Below, piece by piece: positions 22,022 to 29,738 of a stretch of DNA of 64,000 nt (within the stretch, counting starts at the first letter, position 1; every line of letters begins with the position of its first letter). The position numbers were made by a program, and so were the translations under genes. Below the pieces are notes generated by a model. It made no database searches and was not told the DNA's origin. It was given only the letters and a program-made list of their open reading frames with translations. The stretch lies in the sequence record PQ330092.1. One strand, given 5' to 3'.

Positions 22022-22336
22022 TTAGCCTATGTTTCGAGTACCATTAAGATAATTCTGTACTCTTTGATTTGCTGGTATTCTAATTGTTACTCCACTTTTA
22101 AAATTATATATAGGATCTTCTCCTAGTATGTCTGGATTTAACAATGCGAAAATATAATATAAGCGTTCATTACCATACATTTCGTATGCTAAACGCCAAG
22201 GTTGATATTCATATTTCAATGGGATCTCATAAAAATCATCAGTATCAGCCGGAACAATATCACGTGGTAAATTATACCCAAGATACCATGTTTGTTTCAC
22301 CTTAGCGTAAGGTGAGTATTGACTATAGTTGGACAT
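22022..22336 (-). CDS. gp53: Baseplate wedge gp53-like (LysM-like) protein
   Basis: QPWRLAYEMYGNERLYYIFALLNP...DP..NFKSG..IRIP. Confidence 0.7.
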   Translation of the reverse strand: MSNYSQYSPYAKVKQTWYLGYNLPRDIVPADTDDFYEIPLKYEYQPWRLAYEMYGNERLYYIFALLNPDILGEDPIYNFKSGVTIRIPANQRVQNYLNGTRNIG

Positions 22337-23067
22337 TAAATGAATCCTCCTTTACGTAATAGTTCACCACGTTTGAATGCATTGAGGTTGAACGTTTTAG
22401 TCATATAATCCGATGTTGGTTGTTCTTCAAGTTGTAACATAACTGAGATTTTTTGTGGAACCCAAACTTCATCTTGTGGGTTCATATATCCAGTACTTCT
22501 AAGTTGTTCGAAGAATTTTCTACTATCCATGTCGGATAAATTAAAAGTACTATCGCTACTATTCAACGGAACTTGAATATAAGAAACATCATTTGGGTAA
22601 GTAAAATTATAAGATTTTAAAATAACAGGAATATCATTATATGTATAACGACCATATCCACTTAGAAGTAAGATTGGTGGTGGTGCACCTGCAATTGCGA
22701 GTTCGGGGTTATTAGCCGAAGCAGCTTGTCTACCAAAATCCATCAACGAAACAGAACGTATAAAATGAACACATGCCAACGCATACATAGCTTCTGCTGC
22801 TGTATTCGCATAAAATTCACCCTGAATCGTGAAAACTGTATTAGTAGTGTTCTTATAGTTGTTATAGTTACTGTTAGTATGTATAGGGGACTGTGTTTCA
22901 TACTGAATTGACCTTTGTTCAGTAATTGTTGGTGTTACAGTCCAAACCAACCCATTAGTTGGACGCAGAAACGAAAGTAGAGTTGGTTCGGAGCTATCTC
23001 CAAAATCACCATATACATAGTTAGCACCTGCGGCTTTAGGTCGTAATCGAATTCTACGATCAATCAT
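22336..23067 (-). CDS. Tail tube initiator / baseplate-tube junction (gp48/gp54-like)
   Basis: GAPPPILLLSGYG...DIPVILKSYNFTYP motif; start moved to ATG 23067 (GGAG at 23078-23081). Confidence 0.55.
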   Translation of the reverse strand: MIDRRIRLRPKAAGANYVYGDFGDSSEPTLLSFLRPTNGLVWTVTPTITEQRSIQYETQSPIHTNSNYNNYKNTTNTVFTIQGEFYANTAAEAMYALACVHFIRSVSLMDFGRQAASANNPELAIAGAPPPILLLSGYGRYTYNDIPVILKSYNFTYPNDVSYIQVPLNSSDSTFNLSDMDSRKFFEQLRSTGYMNPQDEVWVPQKISVMLQLEEQPTSDYMTKTFNLNAFKRGELLRKGGFI

Positions 23068-23102
23068 CTTTTTGATTCTCCATAATAAGGGAACATTTGA
23101 TG

Positions 23103-23110
23103 TATTTATA
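23103..23110 (-). promoter_or_regulatory. Late promoter heading the baseplate operon
   Basis: Perfect TATAAATA. Confidence 0.75.
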
Positions 23111-23112
23111 CG

Positions 23113-23141
23113 TGGGACAAACTGCTTTTTGGTGCTATAAT
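23113..23141 (+). promoter_or_regulatory. Putative middle-class promoter (gp55-47-46 operon)
   Basis: TGGGACA-N16-TATAAT with extended -10 TG. Confidence 0.75.
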
Positions 23142-23198
23142 AACATTGATGGTACAAGGATTGTACCTATTGGATTTAAACATGGAGAGTAAAATACA

Positions 23199-24038
23199 AT
23201 GACAAATAGACCAAAGCGTAAAAAGTATCTCAATAATGCTGATTTACTTCGTGAAATACAAAAAAGTAAAATTTCATATTGCTGGTTATTAGACAAATCA
23301 TATAGTATGTATGATTATATTGTTTTTCATGAGTCAGAAATTACTGCTGAGTTACTAGAAAAAGCTAAGGCAGCACGAATTAAACGACTGAACAATGAAA
23401 TGCTTGATAGTATTCGTGAAAAGGAAAATATGAGTGCTAAAAAAGCTAAAGAATATGCAGATGAACACAATTTAGTTATCACTGACGTTCCAATTGATGA
23501 AGTTGTTATTCGTGTTATTACAGATGAACATATTCCACCAGATACTAGAGTTAACTTTGAACCATTCAAGCATTATATTGTAGATAATGAAGGTATTCTC
23601 TATGAAGTTTGTCGTTCTCACTGGAAAGGCGACCTTGAAACTGGTGAATTCAGTACTGTTCATGGTAAAATTACAAATGAACTTGGGAAGATGTTCATTA
23701 AACTTGCAGAGGAAATCTCACACAAATCTAATTACAGAAACTATACATACTTAGATGAAATGATGGGTGATGCAAGAATACAATTAGTTAAAAACGCACT
23801 TCTCTTTAAAGAGAGCATTCTTTATAAAAAAGATAAACCAGCAGTTCAGCTAAATCCTTTCTCTTACTATACATCATTCGTAAACAATAGTTTTCGTTCT
23901 ATATTGAATAGTGAGAAAAATGTTCGAAATATACGTGATGATTTACTTGAAATGCATGGCTTTACGCCATCACATACACGTCAAATTGAAATTGAATTGA
24001 ACATGATTGAAAGGAAAAATGAAGATGGCTCTGTTTGA
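23199..24038 (+). CDS. gp55: Late-transcription sigma factor, gp55-like
   Basis: YLNNADLLREI...TNELGKMFIKLAE..S..SNYRNYTY.DEM.GDA...NPFSYYT; directly upstream of gp47/gp46. Confidence 0.8.
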   Translation: MTNRPKRKKYLNNADLLREIQKSKISYCWLLDKSYSMYDYIVFHESEITAELLEKAKAARIKRLNNEMLDSIREKENMSAKKAKEYADEHNLVITDVPIDEVVIRVITDEHIPPDTRVNFEPFKHYIVDNEGILYEVCRSHWKGDLETGEFSTVHGKITNELGKMFIKLAEEISHKSNYRNYTYLDEMMGDARIQLVKNALLFKESILYKKDKPAVQLNPFSYYTSFVNNSFRSILNSEKNVRNIRDDLLEMHGFTPSHTRQIEIELNMIERKNEDGSV

Positions 24039-25056
24039 TAAAGCAATTACATTCACTGATATTCATTTAGGTTTAAAGAATAACAGCAAGCAACACAATG
24101 AAGATTGTTTAAACTTCATTAAATTCATGATTGAGTTAGCTAAAAAAAATAATATCAAAGTTTGTGTTTTTATGGGAGATTATTTTCATAATAGAAGTAA
24201 TATCAATATCCAAACACTAAACTATGGTTTACAAATTCTTCAATTATTAAATGATAATTTTGAAAAAGTATATTTTTTAGTAGGCAACCATGATATGTAT
24301 CATAAAAACAAACGTGATATAACAAGTATCAATATGGCTCAAGTTTATGAAAATATAGAATTCATTAATGAAATTACAACATTTGATGATTGTACTTTCA
24401 TTCCATTTATGATTGAAGATGAATATAAGTTGTTACCTCAACTAAAAAGTAAGTATGTTTTTGGTCACTTAGAGTTACCAGGTTACTTGCTTAACAAGAT
24501 GGTAGAAATGCCTGATCATGGAAAAGAAACAGAAGGTTCTTTTGGTGGTTGTGAGTATGTTTTTAGTGGACATTTTCATAAAAGGCAGTCAAAAACAACT
24601 TCAAAAGGAACTCGTGTAGTTTATACTGGTAATTGTTTTCCACATAATTTTTCCGATACATGGGATGATGCAAGAGGTGTAATGATCCTTGAACATGGTA
24701 AAGAACCTATTTTCAAATCATGGGAACATGCACCAAAATATAGAACATTTACACTTTCAGAATTGTTAACTGATCCTGGTTATTATCTTCAAGATAATAC
24801 AATATCAAAAGTTCAAGTTGATATATCAATAACAACAGATGAGATTAGTTTTATTCGTGATACATTTACTAAACTTTACAACATTAGAGAGTTTAATGTT
24901 GTAACGAGCAAGCAAAGTATCGCAGAATTAATTGAAGATGGTGTTAGTTTTGAAAGTACTGAATCAGTTGATGAGATTGTGTTGCAGCAAATTATGGAAA
25001 TTGACTCACCCATGTTTGATAAAAATCTTCTAATCCAAATTTACAGATCGTTATAA
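24025..25056 (+). CDS. gp47: Mre11/SbcD-like recombination nuclease
   Basis: TDIH, GDYFH, GNHD, GHLE, SGHFH phosphoesterase motifs; AAGGA RBS fits ATG 24025. Confidence 0.9.
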   Translation: MALFDKAITFTDIHLGLKNNSKQHNEDCLNFIKFMIELAKKNNIKVCVFMGDYFHNRSNINIQTLNYGLQILQLLNDNFEKVYFLVGNHDMYHKNKRDITSINMAQVYENIEFINEITTFDDCTFIPFMIEDEYKLLPQLKSKYVFGHLELPGYLLNKMVEMPDHGKETEGSFGGCEYVFSGHFHKRQSKTTSKGTRVVYTGNCFPHNFSDTWDDARGVMILEHGKEPIFKSWEHAPKYRTFTLSELLTDPGYYLQDNTISKVQVDISITTDEISFIRDTFTKLYNIREFNVVTSKQSIAELIEDGVSFESTESVDEIVLQQIMEIDSPMFDKNLLIQIYRSL

Positions 25057-25064
25057 GGGACTAT

Positions 25065-27212
25065 ATGCTAAACATTACACGTATATCTATGAGGAACTTC
25101 TTTTCATTTGGTAATGCACCACAATCAATTGAATTGAATGGTTCTGACATTTCATTAGTACTGGGTCAAAATAATGATGCAGTTATTGAAGGTGGTGACA
25201 GCACCGGACGTCGAAATGGTGTCGGGAAAAGTGCTATTATTCAAGGATTAGTTTTTGGATTATTTGGGAAAAGTATTGGTAATGATATTAAAATTCCTAA
25301 CTTAGTCAATAAAACTAATGGTAAAAATTGTGAAGTAGTTGTAGAGTTTGAAAAAGATGGTGTACAATATCTGGTTGAACGTGGGAGAAGTCCCACGTAT
25401 TTCAATTTTGTTACTTTAGGGAAAGATAATAAAATTGAAGATGAATCAAGGGGAGAAAAGAAAGACACACAAGAAGATTTGAATGAAATTCTTGGTATAT
25501 CTCAATTATTATTTGAACATATTGTAGTACTGAATGCTAACGTTGAACCTTTCTTAGCTTTATCCACACAAAAACAACGTGATATGATAGAAGAACTTCT
25601 TGGAATAACACAGTTGACGGAAAAAGCTGAAATGCTAAAGGAGATGTATAAGGATACTAAACGTTTAGCCGAACAAGAAAAGTTCAAAAATGAAACTGTA
25701 GCTGCAAGTAATGAACGTATTCAAAAAAGTATTGAGACACTACAAGAACAGGCAAACCAGTTTGAAATTGATAAAAATAATAGAGTATCTAAGTTAAATG
25801 AAGAGTTGAATATATATAAAACTTTAGACTTTAATGACCTCTATGAAGCTGCTGATATAAAAGAGAAAGCTCTTATTCATAACGCAAAGCGTGGGGAAAT
25901 CGAACGCCGTGTACAAGAGTTGGCTTTAAAATTTGATGCATATGACCGTGAACTTGAAAGATCTAAAAGAGCATTAAATCTAAGCATTGATAAGCTAAAA
26001 ACTATTGATATTAGTGCAGAATTGGAAAATCATAATGAGTTGGAGATATGGAAACAGTTAGAGGGTATTCTAAAAGAGAATAATAACCAAAAACGTTTCA
26101 AAGAACAAAAACTAAACTCACTAAAAATAGCTTTAAAAGGATATGAATGTTCAATTAATGCTGAAATTGACAAATTATCAACAGTTGAAAACAGCAAATG
26201 TCCACTTTGTATGTCTGAATTAGAACATAACGAACATACTTCTTCAATTAAAGACAAAATCCAAAGTACTATTAATGATCTTCAAGCTAAAATTGATAGT
26301 TCTTCTTCTGAAATTGAAACATTACTTCAAGAAATTGATAGTATTGAGATTTTTGATATGCCACCTAAGCCTGTGACATATTATAATACACTTTCAGAAG
26401 CACAAATGCATGAACATAAGCTTCAAGAATTGGTCAGAAAGAGTGAAGAAGAACAAATAAACATCTATGCAAATGAACTTATGTCATCATATGATGAACT
26501 TAACTCATATGAACTAATGGAAGTTCCAGATACATTAAACAAATATGAAGTTAAAGAGTTAGAAATGACTGTAAATTCATTATCACAGCAATTAGATCGT
26601 GAATTGAAGACTACTAACACATTTATTAGCCAAATTAATACCCTGAAGACTGATTCTTTAGTACCAATCGATTATAGCGACTATAATAATCTTGATAAAA
26701 TGTCAAATCACCAAGATTTCTTGGTTAAATTACTTTTAAACAAGGATTCTTATGTCCGTAAACGTATTATTGAGCAAAATATCTCATATTTGAATACACG
26801 ACTTCAGTACTATATCGATATGTGCGGTTCTGAGCATAATGTTGTGTTTTTGAATGATTTGAGTGTTGAAATTGAGAAGAGTGGACAGTACTTTGACTAT
26901 AAACAGCTTAGTAGAGGTGAGCGTACAAGGGTAAACATCGCATTATCTTGTGCTTTCCGTGATACATATGAGTCATTATACCAAAGTATTAATATTCTTA
27001 TCATTGATGAGATGATTGACCAAGGTCTTGACTCAAGTGGTGTTCTACGTGTGTGGTCTATCTTCCAAGATATGGCTGCTGTACGTGGTAAGAACGTTTA
27101 TGCTATTTCCCACAGAGAAGAGTTACTATCTAAGACTGAAAAAATCCTCAAAGTTGTTAAAGAGGACGGTTTCAGTACTGTTGAATATGCAACCCTTGAC
27201 GATGTTTTCTAA
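25065..27212 (+). CDS. gp46: Rad50/SbcC-like recombination ATPase
   Basis: Walker A NGVGKS, coiled coil with CPLC hook, LSRGE signature, IIDE Walker B. Confidence 0.92.
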   Translation: MLNITRISMRNFFSFGNAPQSIELNGSDISLVLGQNNDAVIEGGDSTGRRNGVGKSAIIQGLVFGLFGKSIGNDIKIPNLVNKTNGKNCEVVVEFEKDGVQYLVERGRSPTYFNFVTLGKDNKIEDESRGEKKDTQEDLNEILGISQLLFEHIVVLNANVEPFLALSTQKQRDMIEELLGITQLTEKAEMLKEMYKDTKRLAEQEKFKNETVAASNERIQKSIETLQEQANQFEIDKNNRVSKLNEELNIYKTLDFNDLYEAADIKEKALIHNAKRGEIERRVQELALKFDAYDRELERSKRALNLSIDKLKTIDISAELENHNELEIWKQLEGILKENNNQKRFKEQKLNSLKIALKGYECSINAEIDKLSTVENSKCPLCMSELEHNEHTSSIKDKIQSTINDLQAKIDSSSSEIETLLQEIDSIEIFDMPPKPVTYYNTLSEAQMHEHKLQELVRKSEEEQINIYANELMSSYDELNSYELMEVPDTLNKYEVKELEMTVNSLSQQLDRELKTTNTFISQINTLKTDSLVPIDYSDYNNLDKMSNHQDFLVKLLLNKDSYVRKRIIEQNISYLNTRLQYYIDMCGSEHNVVFLNDLSVEIEKSGQYFDYKQLSRGERTRVNIALSCAFRDTYESLYQSINILIIDEMIDQGLDSSGVLRVWSIFQDMAAVRGKNVYAISHREELLSKTEKILKVVKEDGFSTVEYATLDDVF

Positions 27213-27220
27213 TTAAAGAT

Positions 27221-27247
27221 AAAGGGAGCCTTAGCTCCCTTTTTTTA
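27221..27247. terminator. Bidirectional terminator between gp46 and Endo VII
   Basis: AAAGGGAGC-CTTA-GCTCCCTTT plus T-run. Confidence 0.85.
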
Positions 27248-27722
27248 TATCAACCATATTTAATTTACCGTCCTTAATCAGCTTTCTAGCTTGCTTTACA
27301 CGAGCAGTAGTGTTACTACCAGGGACAACTCCTAACCCTTCCAGAATCGCGTTTTGCTGTGTTGCTGGAAGCCTTTTAAACTTATTAACATCCACAGTTA
27401 GTGCAGTGTGATGTATAACTTGTTCATCGTCAGGAATGCTGTTATTACGCTCTAAGTAATCAGCAAGATTTCTGAGTACCTCATATAATGGTTTATCAGT
27501 TAAGTGCTTCATATATCGATTGAAGCTGTTTTGTACCTTTCCTTCCCAAGCATTGACTTCATTTTGAAGAACTTGTCTACAATGTTGGTTACCATAGTGG
27601 TAGTGATCCAGTACTGGTTTAGTTATTGGTTCTTTAATTATAGGATCTATTCCATTTTGTTTCTTTAGCAATTCGTTTCGATAGTTTGCAGCATCCTTAC
27701 TATCTTTTAATCTTTTTTTCAT
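27231..27722 (-). CDS. gp49: Recombination/packaging endonuclease VII-like
   Basis: QNG.....LDH.H.......L....NA.EG....F.R...L.NL..YL...IH pattern matches T4 Endo VII, but Zn cysteines are absent. Confidence 0.7.
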   Translation of the reverse strand: MKKRLKDSKDAANYRNELLKKQNGIDPIIKEPITKPVLDHYHYGNQHCRQVLQNEVNAWEGKVQNSFNRYMKHLTDKPLYEVLRNLADYLERNNSIPDDEQVIHHTALTVDVNKFKRLPATQQNAILEGLGVVPGSNTTARVKQARKLIKDGKLNMVDIKKGS

Positions 27723-27752
27723 AATTCCTCACCAAACTATTTGTTATCAAAA

Positions 27753-27760
27753 TATTTATA
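27753..27760 (-). promoter_or_regulatory. Late promoter for Endo VII
   Basis: Perfect TATAAATA. Confidence 0.7.
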
Positions 27761-27813
27761 GATTAGTTATTTGCAATATTTTAAGTACTTAATGAATATT
27801 TTTATAAAAATAG

Positions 27814-27842
27814 TGAGACAACTTTAAAGTTTGTGCTATAAT
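27814..27842 (+). promoter_or_regulatory. Putative middle-class promoter driving an ORF-free region
   Basis: TGAGACA-N16-TATAAT with extended -10 TG. Confidence 0.75.
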
Positions 27843-27848
27843 GTTTGT

Positions 27849-28347
27849 TGTAGTAATGACAATCCTGTTGAATGCAGAAATGCATATAAATTAGAACCTG
27901 ATCCTATCGAAAATGTAGATGGCAGATGAGCAGTTCAACAGTGCGATGAGCAAAAGAAACCCGTTAGATGTGGGCATAGTTTGAACCCCTCACGGCAATG
28001 CGGCTCAATAAAGAACTCCGATAAGCATACAGAGAGTTCCTAGATAGACATATAAGGATCGCACCTTACCAGATTTGCTAAGGGAGTTTATTAAGTGATT
28101 TTAATAAACAGCCTGAAGTTTGATTGTATAGACTTTCAGGTGAGTGTCAGGATGATTAAGACTGACGACCGTTGCACATGACTGCGATAGAGAGAAACAG
28201 AGCAACCCGCTTTCGTTCTTAATATATTTTTAAGAAATTCGCAATACAATAAATGCTGAAACCATCAGCGTCAAGAAATAGAGACTTCATTGTCTCTTTT
28301 TTATTGTCTTCATTCCCCTGCGGGGGGATGAAAATGTCCTCAACAAA
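27849..28347 (+). ncRNA. Candidate large structured non-coding RNA, family not recognised
   Basis: Own promoter, no ORF over about 25 codons seen on the sense strand, at least 10 stems including a GAAA tetraloop and G-U pairs valid only on the + strand, terminator-like hairpin at 28280-28302. Confidence 0.6.
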
Positions 28348-28400
28348 TCCCGTCAAGTATTAAATCTTTTAAAGTTCTTTATAATTTAATTTAATTAAAT

Positions 28401-28460
28401 GAATATGAGTTACGTAGTAACGAATATTCTTCAGCTAACGAATGAAATGAGTTAGATGAA
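28401..28460 (+). other. Two tandem hairpins with GNA triloops and tandem G.A pairs in an AT-rich tract (candidate origin element)
   Basis: 28401-28429 GAATAT-GA-GTTAC-GTA-GTAAC-GA-ATATTC; 28430-28460 TTCA-G-CTAAC-GA-AT-GAA-AT-GA-GTTAG-A-TGAA. Confidence 0.55.
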
Positions 28461-28522
28461 TCCAATAATATTAAAATTAATCCTTTCATAATTCAATTCA
28501 AATAATTCTGTAGTTTAAAACC

Positions 28523-28551
28523 AAAAAAAAAAACCAGCAACAATGTGCTGG
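28523..28551 (-). terminator. Terminator of the gp26/gp51 operon
   Basis: Minus strand CCAGCA-CATTGT-TGCTGG followed by T11. Confidence 0.8.
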
Positions 28552-28562
28552 CTATATGAAAA

Positions 28563-28772
28563 TTAGTGCTTCTCGTTTTGTTTTTTAATTTTTTTATTAA
28601 AAGACTTAACTAATAAGTCTCTATCTATTAATGGCATATTAAGGAGTGTTCCATAGTCAATGTTATCCATATATACAGAACATTCCATTAGTGCATTTTT
28701 GATTTCTGACTTATTCAGTTCTATCTCCTTCAGTACTTCTTGTATTTCTTCAGGAGATGACTGGAGAAGCAT
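28563..28772 (-). CDS. Small tail/baseplate assembly chaperone (gp51 C-terminal or 'T'-like segment)
   Basis: TAATG overlap with gp26-like gene; IDYGTLLNMPLIDRD resembles the short second segment of tail assembly chaperones. Confidence 0.5.
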   Translation of the reverse strand: MLLQSSPEEIQEVLKEIELNKSEIKNALMECSVYMDNIDYGTLLNMPLIDRDLLVKSFNKKIKKQNEKH

Positions 28773-29608
28773 TACTCGAAAAAATGACTAGGATCATATT
28801 TTAGTCCATCAATTTCCCATTGATGATTACATCCATCACATTCTACTTCCATACTATGAGATACACCAATTTCAAGTACTTCATCCATTTTTTCACGAAT
28901 TAGTTTAAGTACTCCCTTCGATTGTTGTCCAAGCCATTCATTAATAAATTCTTTTTCAACTACTTCATCACCATCTGGTGTTATAATTTTTGCAATAACT
29001 CCACCAATCATATCGAAGTTAAGTTGAGCCATGTTTTCAAATACTTCAGAAAATATTTTTACTTTTTCATCTTTATCAATATCAGCAGTTTCAAGAAACT
29101 TAGTCTTCTGCTGCTCACTGAACATGCGTTCAGCAAACGATGAATATTCTTTCCATGTCAGTGGTCTAAATTCTAAACGTAGTCCATTATCTAAATCAAT
29201 TGATGGGATTTCTTCAAATGCTTGTGCAGTTTCAAGAAGATATGATAGATTACGTTCAAATCGACCTTCTTTTTCACATTCAGGACATACAACGTTAATA
29301 TCATATGTTTCTTCTTTAGAAGCAACTTTAATAGCAATAAGAAGCATTTCAACGTCATTTACATACAACTCATCAGCGTCAATTACATTAGGAACACAGT
29401 TTTCAATAACACGGGATACTGCATCTCCGTTTAGTAACATATCGGGGGTATTAAGTGTCATTTCATCACGTGCACTACGTGCACAAACTCCACATTTGAC
29501 ACCTTTTGGACCTAGAACTCCTTCTTTATAAGGAATAACGCCGTTTGTAACTAACTTAGTACTGATCTCTTCAATTTTAGTGTACTTAGCAAGTGGATTC
29601 ATAGCCAT
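28772..29608 (-). CDS. gp26: Baseplate hub assembly chaperone, gp26-like
   Basis: NPLAKY...SARDEMTLNTPDMLLNG...CVPN...DVEMLLIAI...CPEC and CDGC; divergent from the tape measure gene. Confidence 0.7.
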   Translation of the reverse strand: MAMNPLAKYTKIEEISTKLVTNGVIPYKEGVLGPKGVKCGVCARSARDEMTLNTPDMLLNGDAVSRVIENCVPNVIDADELYVNDVEMLLIAIKVASKEETYDINVVCPECEKEGRFERNLSYLLETAQAFEEIPSIDLDNGLRLEFRPLTWKEYSSFAERMFSEQQKTKFLETADIDKDEKVKIFSEVFENMAQLNFDMIGGVIAKIITPDGDEVVEKEFINEWLGQQSKGVLKLIREKMDEVLEIGVSHSMEVECDGCNHQWEIDGLKYDPSHFFE

Positions 29609-29642
29609 TTTATTAAATCTCCATGTAATAAATGTGTTTTAG

Positions 29643-29706
29643 TATTTATAAGACTAAAAAAGATTAAATTAAACTAATTTTTATATTCTCTATAGTTTCA
29701 TAAATA
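29643..29706. promoter_or_regulatory. Divergent late promoters
   Basis: TATAAATA on minus (29643-29650) and ATAAATA on plus (29700-29706). Confidence 0.7.
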
Positions 29707-29738
29707 TTTCTATAATACATCTATTAAAAGGGAATGTT

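Noticed and set aside
27723-27765. T4-gene-49-style RBS-occluding hairpin for Endo VII
   Set aside because: An imperfect stem exists (ACTAATCTAT/ATAGTTTGGT on minus) but is AT-rich, has a long loop and leaves the GAGGA free
27841-27985. Short + strand ORFs (17 and 21 codons) in the non-coding region
   Set aside because: No Shine-Dalgarno, and they overlap predicted stems; a leader peptide cannot be fully excluded
27849-28347. Intergenic RNA as tmRNA, RNase P, tRNA cluster, group I intron or CRISPR array
   Set aside because: No GGGG..CCA acceptor ends or tag ORF, no GAGGAAAGUCC, no T-loop motif, no flanking split exons, no direct repeats with spacers; an Rfam search is still needed
28523-28533. 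A11 homopolymer as a phase-variable tract
   Set aside because: Intergenic and explained as the U-tract of the minus-strand terminator
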